Under the pieces are notes generated by a model. That model did not search any database. It had not been told where the DNA came from and saw only the letters and a list, made by a program, of their open reading frames with translations. The position numbers and the translations under genes are program-made. From positions 46,934,001 through 46,998,000 of the forward strand of contig NC_043014.1 of the NCBI RefSeq assembly GCF_006345805.1: DNA of 64,000 bases, written 5' to 3'. Origin of the DNA: Octopus sinensis. Its lineage: Eukaryota. Of the stretch, positions 26,200-39,500 are shown piece by piece. Every line of letters begins with the position of its first letter. Position 1 is the stretch's first letter.

Positions 26200-26245
26200 A
26201 CTCTCTCTCCTCTCTCTCTCTTTCTCTCACTCTCACACACACACA
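26123..26245. repeat. Interrupted (CT)n microsatellite with an internal ~44-bp duplication
   Basis: ctctctctttctctctctctctc(tc)actctctctcctct occurs twice in tandem. Confidence 0.85.
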
Positions 26246-27367
26246 ATAATTACGTATTATATCTCCACAACACCTCACTCACCCATGTGATATTGACCTC
26301 ACTGTGCCATACATCTACAGAACACAACCGAAATATCTTTAAATAAATAAAATCTTCGCAAACTATTGCTTCTCACTTTCTGCAAGCCAGTATTAGATGT
26401 ATTGTAAATAGCAACAGGACATGATTAGGAAATTTTATATAGCTGCTGAGTGGCCTTCAAGACACAAGTGCAAATGGTTTTTACTACACTGGTGTTGTAG
26501 TTATAGCCAGCAATTTGTTTTAGATGAGAAATGTGAGACTTGTATGAGCTGAGAAGAGCATAAAGAAGGTGTTCAACGGAGGAGAGTCAAATGTTTTACT
26601 GACAAAGGTGAAACATAGTTGCTAATAGTCAACCACTCATAAACTTTACTAGGTGTGGTGTTGTGAAAGAAAATAAATGTCAGATTATTGTACTACATTC
26701 TTTCTCATGGAGGTGTTGGAGCAGTAAGTTGAATCATTCATTCAGCTAATAATAATTTATTTTTTCTAATTTCAAACCCTTTCTATAAAAAGATCGACCC
26801 TGGTACTTCAACAACCTTGAGCACAAAATGAGGATTTGAAACCAGAACAGTGATGTACAGAACTCTGGACATTGAAAAACATCTAATGTCTGTTCTACTC
26901 TCTTAGGTTCTACAAAGTTCCACCACTACTTCCCCATTCCAATTTTAATAATGATTAAAAACTTGTACTAACATAGAACAGTGGACAATACGATAAAAAT
27001 GGGGTTTACTGGGATACAAGAGGAAGGAATATAGATTATTGAATATCAACATGTTAATGATACTGACTTTCCTCAGCTTCTTTATTGGGAATTTTTCAAA
27101 CCTATCTCTTTACACTGATCTTTCTCTCTTCTTTTTTTACATATTATTAATTCCATCGAGTATCATGATTTCAAATCCTGGTTATAGTGATCTCACTTAA
27201 TAATAAATCTATCCTACACCCTATCCCAATCTATATATATATATGTCTATGTGATGTGGTGTTAAAGTAAAAGCAAGTTCCCAATAAAGTCGTTCTTAAT
27301 TAAAGCCAACTATTTTATTTAATGATTTTACAATGAACTACAAGTGGCACCAGCATTACTCAGGGGG

Positions 27368-27369
<2 letters not shown>

Positions 27370-27401
<32 letters not shown>

Positions 27402-27430
27402 GCATATATGCATATACATACATACATACA

Positions 27431-27464
<34 letters not shown>

Positions 27465-27518
27465 CATACATACATACATACATACATACATGCATACATA
27501 CATATATACATATATATA
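27370..27518. repeat. (TA)n/(TACA)n compound microsatellite
   Basis: Directly visible. Confidence 0.95.
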
Positions 27519-28139
27519 TTTCTATACTTCATAATGTTAGAAACGTAAATATATGAAAAAATATATATCTCAGAGTGCAAACTCAATATATTGGGTACGT
27601 TTACTATATCAAAAGCTGACAGTCTACTCAGAGTTTTACTCCAGGCTGGACTGCTCAAGATACTGAGATTAGAGTAAATTGTTTGCAGTTTATATGAGGG
27701 TATGTTGACCTTGGAAGCTTATGTAAGAGTAGTGAGATAAGTGTCTTCAAAAACTAATTTCAAAATGTAAGCATTATGATGGAAAGTTATTGTTAATGTA
27801 TGTGCTAGTAAGAATGGGTCAGGACAATCCTTGGATTTAGTTGAACTTATTAGAGGAAGGAGGTTAAATCATTAAGATGACCTTTGTACTGGCTTGAGTG
27901 ACATGACTTAAATGATATTGTTACAGAGAGATTGATTTTGGTGATTGGTTATTCTTTTTCAATATTGTAGTTCAGAGGTCAAATTTCAGCAAATTGAAGG
28001 CTGGCTTTTATTGTGAATTGGATATGTACAGACAAATATTTGCAAATATGTATTTATGGAAATACATACGGACACACAAAATATGAATATTTTAATACAT
28101 ATATTTATTCATATGTGCGCGCACGCACACACACACACA

Positions 28140-28177
<38 letters not shown>

Positions 28178-28654
28178 CAATTAAGCCCTGTCATTTGAAC
28201 TAGTATAAAAGTCATCCTAATAATTTAATCTATCGATAATGATTTTAGTTAAATCTATTTATAATGCAAACATGTGTAGAGTTAACGATTATTCCAATCC
28301 ATTCATAAAAGACCTTAACAATAAAATTCCATTATAAATTCTACGTCTTTAAATTAGTTTTCAATGTTATTTACCACCTCATCTCCACATAAACCTCCAA
28401 GGTTAACACAGTGTTATATATAACCTGCAAACAAATCATTCTATTCCATAGATATTGGACAACATAGAACAGGATGAAACTCTAAGTAAATTGTTAGTTT
28501 TTTATTTAATGAACAGATGTGTGCGGGTATATGTATGAAAATTCTTGAATCAAAGACGAAGGAAACCAAAAATCCAAAGACTCTACAAGAGTTAAAGATA
28601 ACTGTAGATCACATAGCTATATTTTATATTTTATCATTAGATCTATAAAATACA

Positions 28655-28656
28655 AC

Positions 28657-28700
<44 letters not shown>

Positions 28701-28839
28701 CAACTACGTATATAGATAGATAGATAGATATGCATATATATATATACATTCATACATACATACATATATATACATATATATACATATATATACATGTATA
28801 TATATGTACACACACACATACATACATTACATAAATGCA

Positions 28840-28870
<31 letters not shown>

Positions 28871-28876
28871 CATACA

Positions 28877-28909
<33 letters not shown>

Positions 28910-28945
28910 GCATGCATGCATATACACACATATGCGCACACACAT
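28655..28945. repeat. (TA)n/(TACA)n compound microsatellite
   Basis: Directly visible. Confidence 0.95.
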
Positions 28946-29649
28946 ACTATCTCAATAGAAGGAGTGAGGAATAGGGATAGATCTATGAAAAACAAATTTT
29001 GTTCATAAATATTAAAAGCAAAAGAGAATAAATTTATTATGCAGACGAAAATTTGCTGTGTGACATTTATGTCATATAATGTTGTAAAACAAAGAAGCTA
29101 ACTATTTTTCCCTCTTGTTCTCTAAGCACACATATTCATTAGAAGTGTATGTATATGTGTGTGTGTTTGTGCATGTGTGCCTTTGATATTAATGTCTTGG
29201 CTCAGTGTCTAAGTCTTGTAAGTATGTATGTTTGTAATTCCTCTGCATACATGCATTATTTTCTAAATGTCATTTATCCAGCAATATGGAAAAAACTTGC
29301 TTAATGTATCTATCTAATCATAAACTATATTTTTCTATCATTGGGGTTCTTGAGTACAGAAATGCTGGAAATTATTTTAGGCAAAAGGGTTTGTCTGTAA
29401 GAGTACTTTAGGTAAACCATTCTATCATAACTATTTTTTTTCTAAAATCCAGTTACATACACACACAAACAGATTTTTGAATTTTAGTATTATACAGATA
29501 AATGTCACAATTTCTCTTTTTGTTTCTACAAAGAACACAATTTAATCTCCCTATGTAAGAAATAGATATTTTTTCAGTTAATGATTATCCATTGATAAAT
29601 CTTCCAGGGTTTCAATATTTCTAGTATGATTAGTTTATTTTTTATCCTT

Positions 29650-29914
29650 TCTCTTACTTGTTTCAGTCAGTGGACTGTGGCCATGCTACAGCACCACCTT
29701 GAAAGGTTTAGTCAAACTAATCTACCCCAGTATTTATCTATTTAAAGTTTGGTACTCATTCTATTATTCTCTTTTGCTGAACTGCTAGGTTACAGATACA
29801 TAAATAAACTAACTGCAGTTATCACATGGTGGTGGGCAACAAATAACACAAACACATGCACACATGCGCACACACACACATACACATGCTCATAGATAGG
29901 TGTGTGTGTGTTAT

Positions 29915-29965
<51 letters not shown>

Positions 29966-30250
29966 TATATAATACAAATAAGAAAATGGATAAACAAATT
30001 TAGTTTGTTCATCAACTTACAGATATTATCCCATAGTGGGTTACACCTATAACCCCTATCTTACTTTGTATTATATATATATATATGATAGGTTACTTTC
30101 AGTTTCCATCGACCAATTCTACTTACAAGGTTTTGGTTGACACAGGGTTATAGTAAAAGACACTTACCCAGAGTAATGTACAGTGGGACTGAACCCAAAC
30201 TACGTGGTTGAAAAGCAAGCTTCTTATCCCCACAGAACCACACCTACACC
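29650..30250 (-). mobile_element. Older SINE family B copy with expanded internal microsatellite
   Basis: The 3' half (acttgtttcagtca...gtggccatgct, 29650-29830) and the 5' half (ttcagtttcc...gacacttaccc...cagtgggactgaaccc, 30080-30250) match family B in reverse. Confidence 0.75.
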
Positions 30251-30684
30251 TTCAAGAAATAAAATTTCTTAAATGTTAATTGAACCAAAATAAACTTAAA
30301 ATGCTAATTTGATTGATATTCTGATGTCAGCGGTTACAGAAGTAGCAACAGGAAATATTGTTAGTTATAAATATCACAATTACTTCAACTTCTTACCTAT
30401 AAATATGAGGTTTTTAAGTCTGTAGTCAGGTGATTGTTAAATAATTTACAAGTTCAACTTCACTCAAACCTCTTCAACTATTTATACTCAATTTATAACC
30501 TCATACAGCATGATATCACTGAGTGAAAAATAGCTAACCTAACCATTTCAATATGGTCAGTGTTAACAATGGGGTCCTACTCAGTATTACATGCAGATAG
30601 GAATCTTCAGAACTCAAATAATTATTATAAGATATATTTTAATTCATGCTGAATTTTGCTTTACATACTTTTTCATGTAGTACA

Positions 30685-31345
30685 CGTGTGTGTGTATGCT
30701 TGTGGTAACATTTACTCAGTGTATGTATGTATGTGTTAGTATTAAGTCAATGCATATATGTATGTGTTAGCATTCATCCAGTGAGTGTATGCTGAAGGCA
30801 CATAGCTTAGTGGTTAGGATATTTAGCCAGGATCGTATAGTCATGAGTTCAATTCCTGGCAGCTTGTTGTGTCCTTGGACAAGACACTTTATTTCACATT
30901 GCTCCAGTCCACTCGGCTGGCAAAAATGAGTTGTATTTGTATTTCAAAGGGCCAACCTTGTTATACTCTGTCATACTGAATCTCCCTGAGAATTACATTA
31001 AGGGTACAGGTGTCTGTGGGGTGCTCAGCCACTTGTGCATTGATTTCACAAATAGGCTGTTCCACCAATTAGATCAGTTTAAACACTCATCGTCATAACC
31101 AACAGAATGCCAGAGTGTGTGTGTTAGTATTTACTGGATGTGTGAATGTATGTGTTAGCAATTTATCAGTGGGTGTATTTTAACTGACATCAGACTATGC
31201 TTTACATCCTTCTGTGTGTATGCATGTGTTAACATTCACCCATTGTGTGTATGCATGTATTAACATTCGCCCAGTGTATGTACGTGTTAGAAGCCATTCG
31301 GTGTGTGTGTATGTGTTAGCATTATTCCATGTGTGTATGTATGTA
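30685..31345. repeat. Degenerate ~30-bp minisatellite (gtgtgtatgtatgtgttagcattcactca-like), interrupted by a SINE
   Basis: About 10 recognisable units on both sides of the 30794-31112 SINE. Confidence 0.75.
30794..31112 (+). mobile_element. SINE family C variant inserted into a minisatellite
   Basis: tRNA-like head (tagcttagtggttag...gagttcaattcc) and CORE-like gtgtccttggacaagacac. The 3' body gtatttcaaagggcc...ctgaatctccc...gtgctcagcca...catcgtc.taacc is shared with 57374-57757. Confidence 0.85.
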
Positions 31346-31710
31346 TTAGCATTCACTCAGTGTCAGATACCGCCATAAAGTACATTATTTGGGGCTAAGA
31401 TAAATCTGGAGTCAAACAGTTTCTGGCTTAACAATCCATAATTTTGATGAGGTTTGGACTCTGCAATGTTCACAAACATTGAGTCCAAGTGAGCTAAAAA
31501 AAATTTTCTTAGCATCAGAGGCAGTGTTGATATTCTGTAAAACTAAAACAAATACATTGTGATGTGAATAATTGATGTATAGTGGTGAAAAGAGGTACTC
31601 TTGTTAGAGGTTGGTCAAAAAGGAGGCCTTGGCAGAAAGTTGCTTGGTAATAATCAAAATATTGCTCCTAACAGATGAGATGACAATGATCAACATCGAG
31701 GGGTACTATA

Positions 31711-31942
31711 TGGCGGCGAGCTGACGGAAATGTTAGTGCACTGGGCGAGGTGCTTGGTGGTATTTCATCTGTCATTATGTTCTGGGTTCGGGTTCCGCCG
31801 GGGTCGACTTTGCCTTTCATCCTTTCGGGGTCGATAAATAAAGTACCAGTTATGCACTTGGGTCGATGTAATCGACTTAATCCCTTTGTCTGTCCTTGTT
31901 TGTCCCCTCTATGTTTAGCCCCTTGTGGGCAGTAAAGAAATA
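31711..31942 (+). mobile_element. SINE family A (variant with ccctttgtctgtccttgtttgtcccc 3' end)
   Basis: Colinear and highly similar to 55983-56216. Confidence 0.9.
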
Positions 31943-32614
31943 TATATTGCAGGTCTGTTAAACCAGTATAGGGAAAACAGGAATTGAAATGGCGATTTAA
32001 GTTGACAAATCTTTCATTAATGTAACAGCGACACAGAAGTGCTATGCTAAAACTTATTGATTCATCATCGACAGAACTCACAACTGTTGCAGACTAATAC
32101 AACCCTGCTCGATAGAACAAGAAAACCTCAGCAACATAAAATGTGATTTGGTGTCTCTCTCAAAAATACATGCATATTTTCTCCTATTCACATTTATATG
32201 CACATGCATATACACACCCATGCATACACTCATTCACACATACATTGATGCACATGTACCACAATCATACACAAATGCACATATCAATACTCATACAAAG
32301 AATAGTATGCATATCCATGTCAATACATATAAGTATGCACACTTTCTCATACACACAAAAATAGTTTGAAACGTTCTATCAAATATGAAGATAACACAAT
32401 ATCAATAAGACTCCAGTAGGGTACCATTTGCTAGTATTACCACTGTTGGACATGACTAAAGTTAATGAAGATGCTGCAGCTTTTTCAAGTCAAGTTAACA
32501 TGAAATTCTTCCTCTACTTTTTATCACTTCATTTATGCTAAGACAGGGAATCATTTTTCACACCAATGACAAATATTTTACTTTTTTTTTCAATTTCTAT
32601 GTTCTTAGAGGCAA

Positions 32615-32965
32615 TTTCATAGAGTTCATAATATTATGCAATTCATACAAATTTCAAAATTTCGTAGACATAATTCTATAAATAATACAGATTTAATATA
32701 GATATAATTATGTAATTCACATAGATTTCGTAGGTGGTATTTAGGAACTCAAACAAGTTTTACAAAAGAAATTTTGTAAATGATACAGATTTCATATAGA
32801 TGTAATTATGTAATTCACATAGATTCCATAGATGCTGTTATGTAATTCATATAGACTCCGTAGAGGCTATTATGTAATTTGTACAGATTCCATAGATGCT
32901 ATTATGTAATTCATAAAGATTTCATAAAAAGTAATTATGTTATTCACATAGAAGTAATTATGAAA
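32615..32965. repeat. 32-bp minisatellite (tagatgctattatgtaattcatatagattcca-like)
   Basis: Four near-perfect adjacent 32-bp units at about 32797-32924, plus more degenerate units on each side. Confidence 0.85.
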
Positions 32966-33143
32966 TTTATATCATCAATTTCTTGAGACCTTATCTGGTA
33001 ATTTTTATTATTTTTATTACAAAACACAAAAATTGCAATAAGTATTAAGTCAATATCTTTGGGTTCTCTGTTTCCTCATTTTATTATTATTATATTAATA
33101 TTATTATTATTATTATTATCATCATCATCATTATTATTATTAT

Positions 33144-33440
33144 GAGGACACATGGCCTTGTGGTTATGGTGTTGCACTCATGATTGCAGGATTGTGGTTT
33201 CAATTCCTAGACCAGGTGGTGTTGCTGTGTTCTTGAGAAAAACACTTCATCTCATATTGCTCTGCAATCACTTCAACACCTGATGCATGGTACCCCAAGC
33301 TCCTGTTCAAACAACGTCAATTTGATGAAGGGAGTGTGTTATTATGCAGCACATACATTTGATCACTATAAACAAATCATTTGTACAAGCCATTCAGCAA
33401 AAGCTGAACACTTTGACATCGTCTTCAGTAGGAGAATCCA
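33144..33440 (+). mobile_element. tRNA-derived SINE with a family C-like head and a different 3' body, ending in (CAT)n/(ATT)n
   Basis: Head gaggacacatggccttgtggtta...ggattgtggtttcaattcctagacc...gtgttcttgag.aaaacac parallels the 57376 head. The downstream body differs. Confidence 0.7.
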
Positions 33441-34054
33441 TCATCATCATCATCATCATTATTATTATTGTTGTTATATCTTTAGCTTTTACTTTGTATT
33501 TGTACAAGTTGACTCCAAGTCTCACCCAGAGACTTCAAGAGACAGCAAGTTAGAAGTTCAAGTTGGTGTTATGATTAGGGTGTCATAATTTTGGTTTTGC
33601 ACAGAGTATTGTTCTAGAGAATGTCTGTCAAAACTAGAAAATTAGAAATTTGTTTTAAAAGTAATTTGATTATAAGATGATAGTGTGATGTTAAGATGAC
33701 AGTAAAAGACGTTTGCTATTATGTACATTTAAAAGTAATTTTGACAATGTTTACAGATTAAAATATTTCTGGGATTTATTATTATTACTACTACTACTAC
33801 TACTACTGCTGCTGCTGCTACAACTACTACTAAGAAGGCAGCAAACTGGCAGAATTGTTAGCATGCCAGACAAAATGCTTAGCAGTGTTTTGCCTGTCGC
33901 AACCTTCTGAGTTCAAATTCTGCTGGAGTCGACTTGCCTTTCATCCTTTCAGGGTCGATAAATCAAGTACCAGTTGTTTACTGGGGTCGATCAAATCAAC
34001 TTCTCCACCACCAAATTTCAGGCTTTGTGCTAATAGTAGAAAGGATTATTATTA

Positions 34055-34103
<49 letters not shown>

Positions 34104-34430
34104 CATTATTATTATTATTATTATTATTTTATTATTATTATTATTATTATTATTTTCATTATCATTTTCTTTCAATTTTGTTTCCATTTCTTGCCAAGTG
34201 TCTTCCTGACACCTAGGGCAGAGAAACGCACTGTACACATTGGGAGGCCATTAAAATGAACACGCCAAATTGTCCAATTACAAAGTCATGTGATAGAGAA
34301 AAAAGGGAAGAAAGACAGAGAAAAAATAAAAATAGAAAGCAAACAGAGAAAATAAAGGGGAAAAGGGAGATTATTTTTATCATCACCATCATTATTGTTA
34401 TTATTATTATTATTATATTATTATTATTAT

Positions 34431-34828
34431 AGACAGTATGCACAGTATGCAATATTGTGAGGTTGATGATTGAAGATATTGTATCTACTGGGGGTTTGTA
34501 CTGTTTGTCAAGTCACAACAAGGACCTCAGACAGACAGTACTTTATGCAATATGCATGTAGTTCCAAGTAATGCCAACTTTTGCAATACATCTAGATTGT
34601 AGGATATATCTAAGGTTTGGAGATTTTTTTTCAGATTGGGTGGTATTGAACCCAATGCTCTGATGACAATAGGGATAACCTTTACGTTCAACTCTTGTAG
34701 CTGCCACATCTTAGCAATCTCAATTCTCAGGTCTTCATATTTATTAACTTTTTCTCTTTCATTCATGATGATATGTTGATCTCCTGGCACTACTACATCG
34801 ATTATTAGGTACTCTTGTTTGTTCCTCC

Positions 34829-34829
<1 letters not shown>
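34431..34829 (-). mobile_element. 5'-truncated R4/Dong-clade non-LTR retrotransposon: C-terminal restriction-like endonuclease region plus 3' UTR
   Basis: Minus-strand RRNKQEYLIIDVVVPGDQHIIMNEREKVNKYEDLRIEIAKMW...VIPIVIRALG..., the IIDV..P.D.....E.EK..KY..L...W...V.P.V.GALG pattern of RLE-bearing elements. Flanked on both sides by (TAA)n on its sense strand. Confidence 0.8.
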
Positions 34830-34867
<38 letters not shown>

Positions 34868-35329
34868 TAGGCAGGGAGCTGGCAGGATCATTAGCACACT
34901 GGGCAAAATACTTATCAGCATTTCATCCATCTTTACGTTCTGAGTTCAAATTCCGCTGGGACCGACTTTGTCTTTCATTCTGTTTGGGGTCAATAAATTA
35001 AGTACCAGTCAAGCACTAGGGTTGATGTAATTGACTAGCCCCCCTCCCACCTTCTCCAATATTTTAGGCTTTATGCCAATAGCAGAAAGGATTATTATTA
35101 TAATTAAGACTGCGAGCTGGCAGAGTCATTAGCACACAGGACAAAATGCTGAGCAGCATTTTGTCTGTCTTTACATTCTGAGTTCAAATTCCACCAAGGT
35201 CAACTTTCCCTATCATTCTTTCAGGGTCGATAAAATAAATACCAGTTGAGACCTGGGGTCAATATTATCAACTTACCCCTTTCTCAAACTTGCTGGCTTT
35301 GTGCCAAAATTTGAAACGATTGTCTAATT

Positions 35330-35348
35330 ATTATTAATATTATTATTA

Positions 35349-35381
<33 letters not shown>

Positions 35382-35382
35382 T

Positions 35383-35426
<44 letters not shown>

Positions 35427-35493
35427 TATTATTATTATTATTATATTATTATTATCATTATTATTATTATTATTATCATTATTATTATTATTT

Positions 35494-35530
<37 letters not shown>

Positions 35531-35556
35531 CATTATTATTACTATTATTATTATTA

Positions 35557-35617
<61 letters not shown>

Positions 35618-35720
35618 CATTATTATTACTATTATCAATATTATCATTATTATTATTATTTTCATTATTATTATTATTATTATTATATTATTATTATTAT
35701 TATCATTATTATTATTATTA
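35330..35720. repeat. Long (ATT)n microsatellite (~390 bp) within the SINE array
   Basis: Directly visible. It is the source of the poly-Ile, poly-Tyr and poly-Asn ORFs in the track. Confidence 0.95.
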
Positions 35721-36101
35721 AGGTGGCAAGCTGGAAAAATCCTAGCTGTCATTGTCCATCTTTACATTCTGAATTCTGCTGAGATCAACTTTGCCTTTCC
35801 ACTTTTCAGTGTCAATAAAGTAAGTACCAGTCAAGCACTGGGATCGATGTAGTCGACTTTCTCCCTCGACACAAAGTTTCAGGTCTTATTATCATTATCA
35901 TTATTATTAAGGTGGCAAGCTGGCAGAGTCGTTAGCATGCTGGGCAAAATGCTTAGTGGTATTCGCCTGTCTTCGCTGAGGTCGGCTTTACCTTTCATAC
36001 TTTTGGGGTCAATAAATTAAGTACCAGTCAAGTACTGGAGTCGATATGATCAACTTACCCCCTTCCCACAAATTTCAGGACTTGTGCTTATAGTAGAAAG
36101 A

Positions 36102-36133
<32 letters not shown>

Positions 36134-36157
36134 CATCATCATTATCATTATTATTAA

Positions 36158-36193
<36 letters not shown>

Positions 36194-36224
36194 TTTTTAT
36201 AATTACTTTTTATTATTATTATTA

Positions 36225-36264
<40 letters not shown>

Positions 36265-36505
36265 CATTTACGGTGGTGAGCTGGCAGAATCGTTAGTGTG
36301 CTGGATGAAATGCTTAGCAGTATTTCGCTTGTCGGTACGTTGTGAGTTCAAATTCTGCCAAGGTCGACTTTGCCTTTCATCCTTTCAGGGTCAATAAAAT
36401 AAGTACCAGTTGAACACTGGGGGTCAGTGTAATCGACTCATCCCCTCCCCCCAAATTACTGCCCTTGTGGCAAAATTTGAAACCATTATTATTATTATTA
36501 TTATA

Positions 36506-36564
<59 letters not shown>

Positions 36565-39500
36565 CATTATTAAGGTAGCAAGCTGGGTGAATCATTGGTG
36601 TTATTGGATAAAATGCTAAGTGGCATTTTATCCATCTTTACATTCTTCCAACTCTTTATGTTTTAAGTTCAAATCCCATCCAGGTCAACTTCACCTCTCA
36701 TCCTTTTGAGGTTGATAAAGTACCAATCGAGTACTGGAGTTGATGAAATCAATTTGCTTCAAAATTGCTTTCCCTCAAAATTGCTGATTTTGTGCCAAAA
36801 TTAGAATTACTTTTATTACTAATATGGCAACAAGGTGGCAACATTGTTAGAACATTGGGAAAATGCTTTGCAGTATTTCTTCAGGCTGTTTACATTCTGA
36901 GTTCAAATCCCACTGAAGTAAATTTAATCTTTCATCTTTCTGAGGTCGATAAACTAGTGCCAGTTAATTACAGAGGTTGGTATAATCTACTTGCACCCTT
37001 CTCTCTCAAAACTGCTGACACTTTGTTCCAAAATATGAAACAGTTGTTATTATAACTATCATTATTGTCATTATTGAAGGTGGTGAGCAAGCAGAATCAG
37101 TGGCCTGCCAAGCAAAATGCTTCTTTACATTCTGAGTTCAAATTCCACTGAGGTTGACTTTGCTTTTCATCCTTTTAGGAGCAATAAATAAGTACCAATC
37201 CAGCACTGGGGTTAATGTAACTGACTTTCATCTCCTCCCAGACCTGCTGGCCTTGTGCCAAAATTAGAAAGAAGTATTGTTGTTATCATTAATATGATTA
37301 TCATAAATAGTAAGAAGGAAAGATTAGTATAACATTAGACTAAATACTTATAGTATATGTGTTATTTCTATATGTTCTGAGTTCAAATTATACTGAGGTC
37401 AACTGTTTTTCTATTTTTCTTTTTCTTTTTTTTCTCCATCTTGCCATACTTGATGAAGTTTGGCAGGATGAAGGCCATCAATAATATGTTGGAAGTTGAT
37501 TCCATTTGACTGTACTCCTATAATTGTTTTGATGTTGCTCCAGTGTAAGGAGTTGACTGTACTCCTCTATGATTATGTTGGTGTTATTTGAATGTAAGAA
37601 ATTATTATTGCTATTTAGACAGTGAATAGCAGTTGTGCTATTTAGTAATGTCCCTTTATGTTCTGAGTTCAAATCCTGCTGAAGTCGACTTTACTTTTTA
37701 TCCCTCTGGGGTCAAATTATCAACTGTGTCTATGCCAGAAATCGTTAATATTAGGTAAATGTTCTCAGTAAACTGTATAATAAGCATAATTTTCAGCTTC
37801 AAAATCTTAAGGTGGCAATGACTTGCTCACGCACACACACACACATACACACACACACATTAGATTGTGTGATGCTCTTTAAGCAAAACATTATGCTGTT
37901 TCTCTAACTGAAAAAATATTGTGGTGTTTTGGCAATGTAAAGAATCGTTATTGTTGTTCAGACATCGTTTACACTACAAAAGGATTCCCCCAACCATAAA
38001 TCCTTTACTTCAGTAATTTGTACAAATATTTAAATTTACAAAACAGCCAACCCGTTCCACTAGAGATATCTACTTTCATATAGATATTGATGTCTTAACA
38101 AGATAGTTTTTGGAGGGTATAAACACAGTAAATTGTGTTAAGTTCTGTGAATTACTGGTCGTGCTTGCCTCGTTGATTTTGAAGGATTCGTACAGACAGG
38201 TTAATGAGCTTTGGGGCTAACAATGATGGAACTAAGTACTGTAAAATACTTGATCTGCTATTGTAATATTTCTGCCAACCCTAATGAGAAATAATATTAA
38301 TAGTGTATTTTCTGAAATTATGTAGCTACAAGAATACCATTAATTTGACTTTAGCTAATTATTATTTCTTAATTATATTAAAAAAATTTGTTTAGTGTAG
38401 TAGATAGGTTGTAGACAACTCAGCCTCATTTTATTGCTCTGTCAGTATTGGAGCTTTGAAAGTCAACTATAACTGTTTGAACTCAGAAATATGAGGCATT
38501 GAACTAGATAGTGTTGCATCTGTCTACCCTTTAAATCAATTCCTTGATATTTTAATATAGAGTACCTATTTCAATACTTGAGCCGAGCCCCAAATTTTAT
38601 TTACTATTTATTAGTGTCATTCTATTTCATTTTTGAGAAAAATAAAACAACTAGCACTCAATCTCTTTTCTTTCTCCTGTCTCTTATTCTATAAATCTTG
38701 AGATCTTATACTTTGGTCAGTGTTGACTAATGAGTTATTAATTAGTGATAAATGTAACTTTCTAATTTTAATTTAAGGGAAACACATTGCCGAAATTGTT
38801 TGTATAACATTGATTAAATAATTTGGTATGATATATTACTTTCCTTAAAGATATCTTCTATTAATTACAATTTTCAACTAAAGAGAAGTATTTGGTATTG
38901 CTGTATTTCTCTTGATGTTTAATGCTCATTTTTTTTCCTTTTATAATGAACTACTTCAGTTAATGATATTGTCCACTAATTACTATATAACTTACCTTTA
39001 AAGAGATTTAGCCAACTATTTCCCATAGCTAATTATGTATAAGATGGTTTACTCAGCTGTTTCTCTTTGGTGACCCATTAAAATAATATTTGTTTTTCTT
39101 AGCAAAATAGATTTCAAAAAGTAAACTGGTTCTGCCACTTCTGAAAAACTGATTTCAAATCCTACCAGTTCTTTATCTGTCTTATATTGATTTACTTATT
39201 TTTACAAAGATAAGGAATAAATATTTTTACTATACTTCAGTAACCTACATAGGAGGCAAGTCACAAAAAAAGATGAAAATATCTTTACATTTTTTTCATT
39301 CTTTCAAAAACAGTTTTGCTTTTAGAATTGCATTGCTTAAAATAAATACATCTTGAATTTGACAAAGAAATCGGCAAAAATGAATAGAAGAAAAATATAA
39401 GTTTATTAGAAATATTTCTTTACTTTTACTCTTTAAACTATTTAGTTTTAGTCATGAATTTAAGTTTATTTATAAATATTTAATAGAATTATTTATAGAG

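Larger units (their letters stand above)
33835..37715 (+). mobile_element. Array of about 11 co-oriented family A SINE copies separated by (ATT)n tracts
   Basis: Copies start near 33835, 34869, 35105, 35719, 35909, 36271, 36572, 36832 and 37078, with partial copies at about 37330 and 37620. The copies carry variants of aagg[t/c]gg[c/t]gagctggcag...ttctgagttcaaatt...gtcgactttgcctttcatcctt...ggtcgataaa.taagtaccag. Confidence 0.9.

Noticed and set aside
33835-37715. Repeat-spacer-like periodicity reminiscent of a CRISPR array
   Set aside because: Units are ~200-bp diverged SINEs and the spacers are microsatellite. The context is eukaryotic and no cas genes are present.
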